NCBI GenBank assembly: GCA_002633005.1
Contig: NMRA01000206.1
Coordinates: 471,203 to 535,202 of the forward strand
Direction of reading: 5' to 3'
Length of the DNA: 64,000 nucleotides
From: Phoronis australis
Lineage: Eukaryota; Animalia; Phoronida
How positions within the stretch are numbered: the first letter of the stretch is position 1; each line of letters starts with the position of its first letter. The notes below the pieces were generated by a model. It did no database searches. It was not told the DNA's origin and saw nothing but the letters and a program-made list of their open reading frames with translations. The translations under genes were made by a program, and so were the position numbers. Below, one piece after another: positions 61,740-64,000 of the stretch.

Positions 61740-62360
61740 ATTCGCCAAGAAATTGTAGGTAGATGAGGAAATAGGTGTTTCATTAAAGGGGAAGTGACAA
61801 AGTGGAAAGATGTTTTCTGAAGACGTGGCCAACTCCGTTTAAACATGGATTGAACATGGTTATGAAAGGTATTATTAATATTATCTTTCGTTTTAGTTCC
61901 TAAAGATTCATTTCTTGTGAGTGAGCGGACTTTGTCAAACTGTTTGTGTATAAGATGTAAGGAGAAATGGCGTTGAAGTAAGTAATGTTTGAATTCTTCT
62001 AAACGGTTCTTAAAGGCAGTTTCTTCTGAACAAATGCGTCGAATTCTAAGTGCAAGGCTATAAGGAAGGCTTTTCTTACAATGAAAGGGATGATACGAGT
62101 GATATGACAGATAATGGTGTTTGTCAGTTTCTTTACAGAATAATTCATCATTACTAAGGATGGCAGTGACATCTAAACATGAAATTTTATTTTGAGAAAT
62201 GTCGTGCCTGGGTGAACTTTATAGTGGGGTAAAATTTGTGAATATCCTCTAAGAATACACATAATTTTTGAGGGCCATGGGTCCAGATCATGAAAATGTC
62301 GTCGATGTATCTCAGCCAGAGAAGAGGTTTTTCAGAGCAAGATTTGATGAAGTTGTTTTC
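61740..62360 (-). mobile_element. Penelope-like element reverse transcriptase relic
   Basis: KPLLWLRYIDDIFMIWTHG...PTIKFT, frameshift, then ISCLDV...KETDKHHYLSYHSYHPFHCKKSLPYSLALRIRRICS, typical of the PLE RT and thumb region. Confidence 0.88.
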
Positions 62361-64000
62361 AGGGCAGAGTATTAGCGGATTTTGCCCGTCTGACATTAGC
62401 ACCCCCGAATTGGGATTTATTTCCATTTAGTTGACCTGCAAATGTCAAATAAATGATAATGGAAGAAAAAAAAGAGGGTTACATGTACAAGTTTTTATAC
62501 ATGTATATCCTCAAACGTAACGTCAACTGACTCACTGGACAAAAGTCATCGGGTTCAATTTTGAATATGATTGCGCAATACATCCAGAAAACAACTTGTT
62601 TTCATTTGAAAGACCTTAGACTTGACTTTTGTAACAAGTTAAAGCAGATTTCTTGCTAAAATTTCGTTCAATTTGTCTGTAAACTATGCTCATCTTTTCC
62701 AAAATCGACAGTTTGGCAAAACAATTTTCACTATGTAAAGTTAAGGTAGGATATTTTTTGGTAAGTCGTCAAGATTTACTCCTTAGCTGTATGTTCAAAA
62801 GTTACATGAAGCAGTAACGTGCAATATGGCAGTAAGAGCGACACAGAACGGCCACTAATATAAGCTATTAAAAGTGGTGTTTGGATTATCTCCCCTATCT
62901 AACACAAAGCCGTCAAATTTGAGTAAATGCCAAATAATTATTTACAGTATACATAGGTTATTCCAGTCACCATAGTACAACGTTCAATCTATTTTGTAAG
63001 CTACTTATTTTCGTTGCTGAAAACATAAAATTTTAGAGATGGCTAATATGACCAATTGCTGTCTAGTGCTCCACAAAAAAAATTAGGGTCATTGAGTGCA
63101 CAAAATGTGTCATTTAGGTTTTTAATAGGATCCCTGTCCATGTACAAAAAATGAAGTTGTTTTGAATTTTGAGGTATACACTGATTTTTTAAAATCTGGT
63201 TTTATGCAGATTGTTTCTTAATCTCTTCCTATTAAGAGTAACTTTTTAGGTTACTTTATATAAGAAAATTGCCATGCAAGAATTGAGATTATTCGTGTAC
63301 GATATCCCAGTATTTTAAATTTCATCTTAAAACCAAGCAGATCTTTCATGGGAAAACAGCTTCCAAATCGAAATTTTAAGTCCCCATGGCTACGTGTTGA
63401 TCCCCTTACACTCAAACGGGAATGCATTTAATTTCGTTTCCTAAAATCAAGGGAGATGTCGTTTAGTGGAAACCTAAGCATTTGCTGTTAGCGCATTGAA
63501 ATCGCACCTAAAACAAAGACTGCTCATGTGGTTATGTATTAATGGGTGTACACGTGCAGTGTACGTCTACAGGTAGAATACTTACCGGGTTGTATATTTC
63601 CACTGAAGGCAATGTATATATAAACAAATTGCAATACGGTGAATTTATAGAGCGATGGCAAGGTCTTGACCTTTTTTGTTGATTATGAATGAATCATAGT
63701 CTCTACTTGTTATTTAATGTTAAATTGCATCTGCACATATCAGCACTGTAAGTTGACCTTAACTGATCCTTGACTAAACAATAAAGTTATTGTGTTGTGT
63801 AATTGTGCGATCTATACCGTACTTATTATATTTATTATATTAAAAAAGAATACTTACCGCCAATTGCAGATTGAAAACCGGCATTATAATGCACCGAAAC
63901 TTTCAGTTGGGATGATTTACGTTTATCGATAAACTGGTCAGCCGAGTCTGGACCGCTGACCAGTGCCCCATGCAGAATGTTAGGGTTTGGCGTAGTGGCC

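Noticed and set aside
63578-63860. ATACTTACC as U1 snRNA 5' ends
   Set aside because: No downstream U1 stem-loops or Sm site; simply the complement of splice donors.

Overview
AT-rich, intron-rich animal genomic DNA, probably from a bilaterian invertebrate, with several N gaps. Three host genes can be reconstructed by hand. (1) YEATS2 is on + (15 coding exons, 2474-19725, ~1102 aa, one GC-AG intron). (2) MSMO1/SC4MOL sterol C4-methyl oxidase is on - (7 exons, 28582-21702, ~284 aa), tail-to-tail with YEATS2. (3) An intronless GT31 beta-1,3-galactosyltransferase is on + (48217-49476). The rest is a mobile-element graveyard: an RTE-X-like LINE, a Penelope-like RT relic, a THAP relic, a possible Crypton relic, several MITEs, and three unrelated non-autonomous elements that each have a 5-bp target-site duplication. 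Two duplications next to N gaps are probably uncollapsed haplotypes. The most unusual signal is a YEATS-domain exon bracketed by tandem repeats of its own splice junctions (42-bp acceptor units, ~10 x 40-bp donor units), with a transposon inserted in the donor array. No prokaryotic-type system (CRISPR etc.) is present. All family assignments are from recalled motifs, not database searches.
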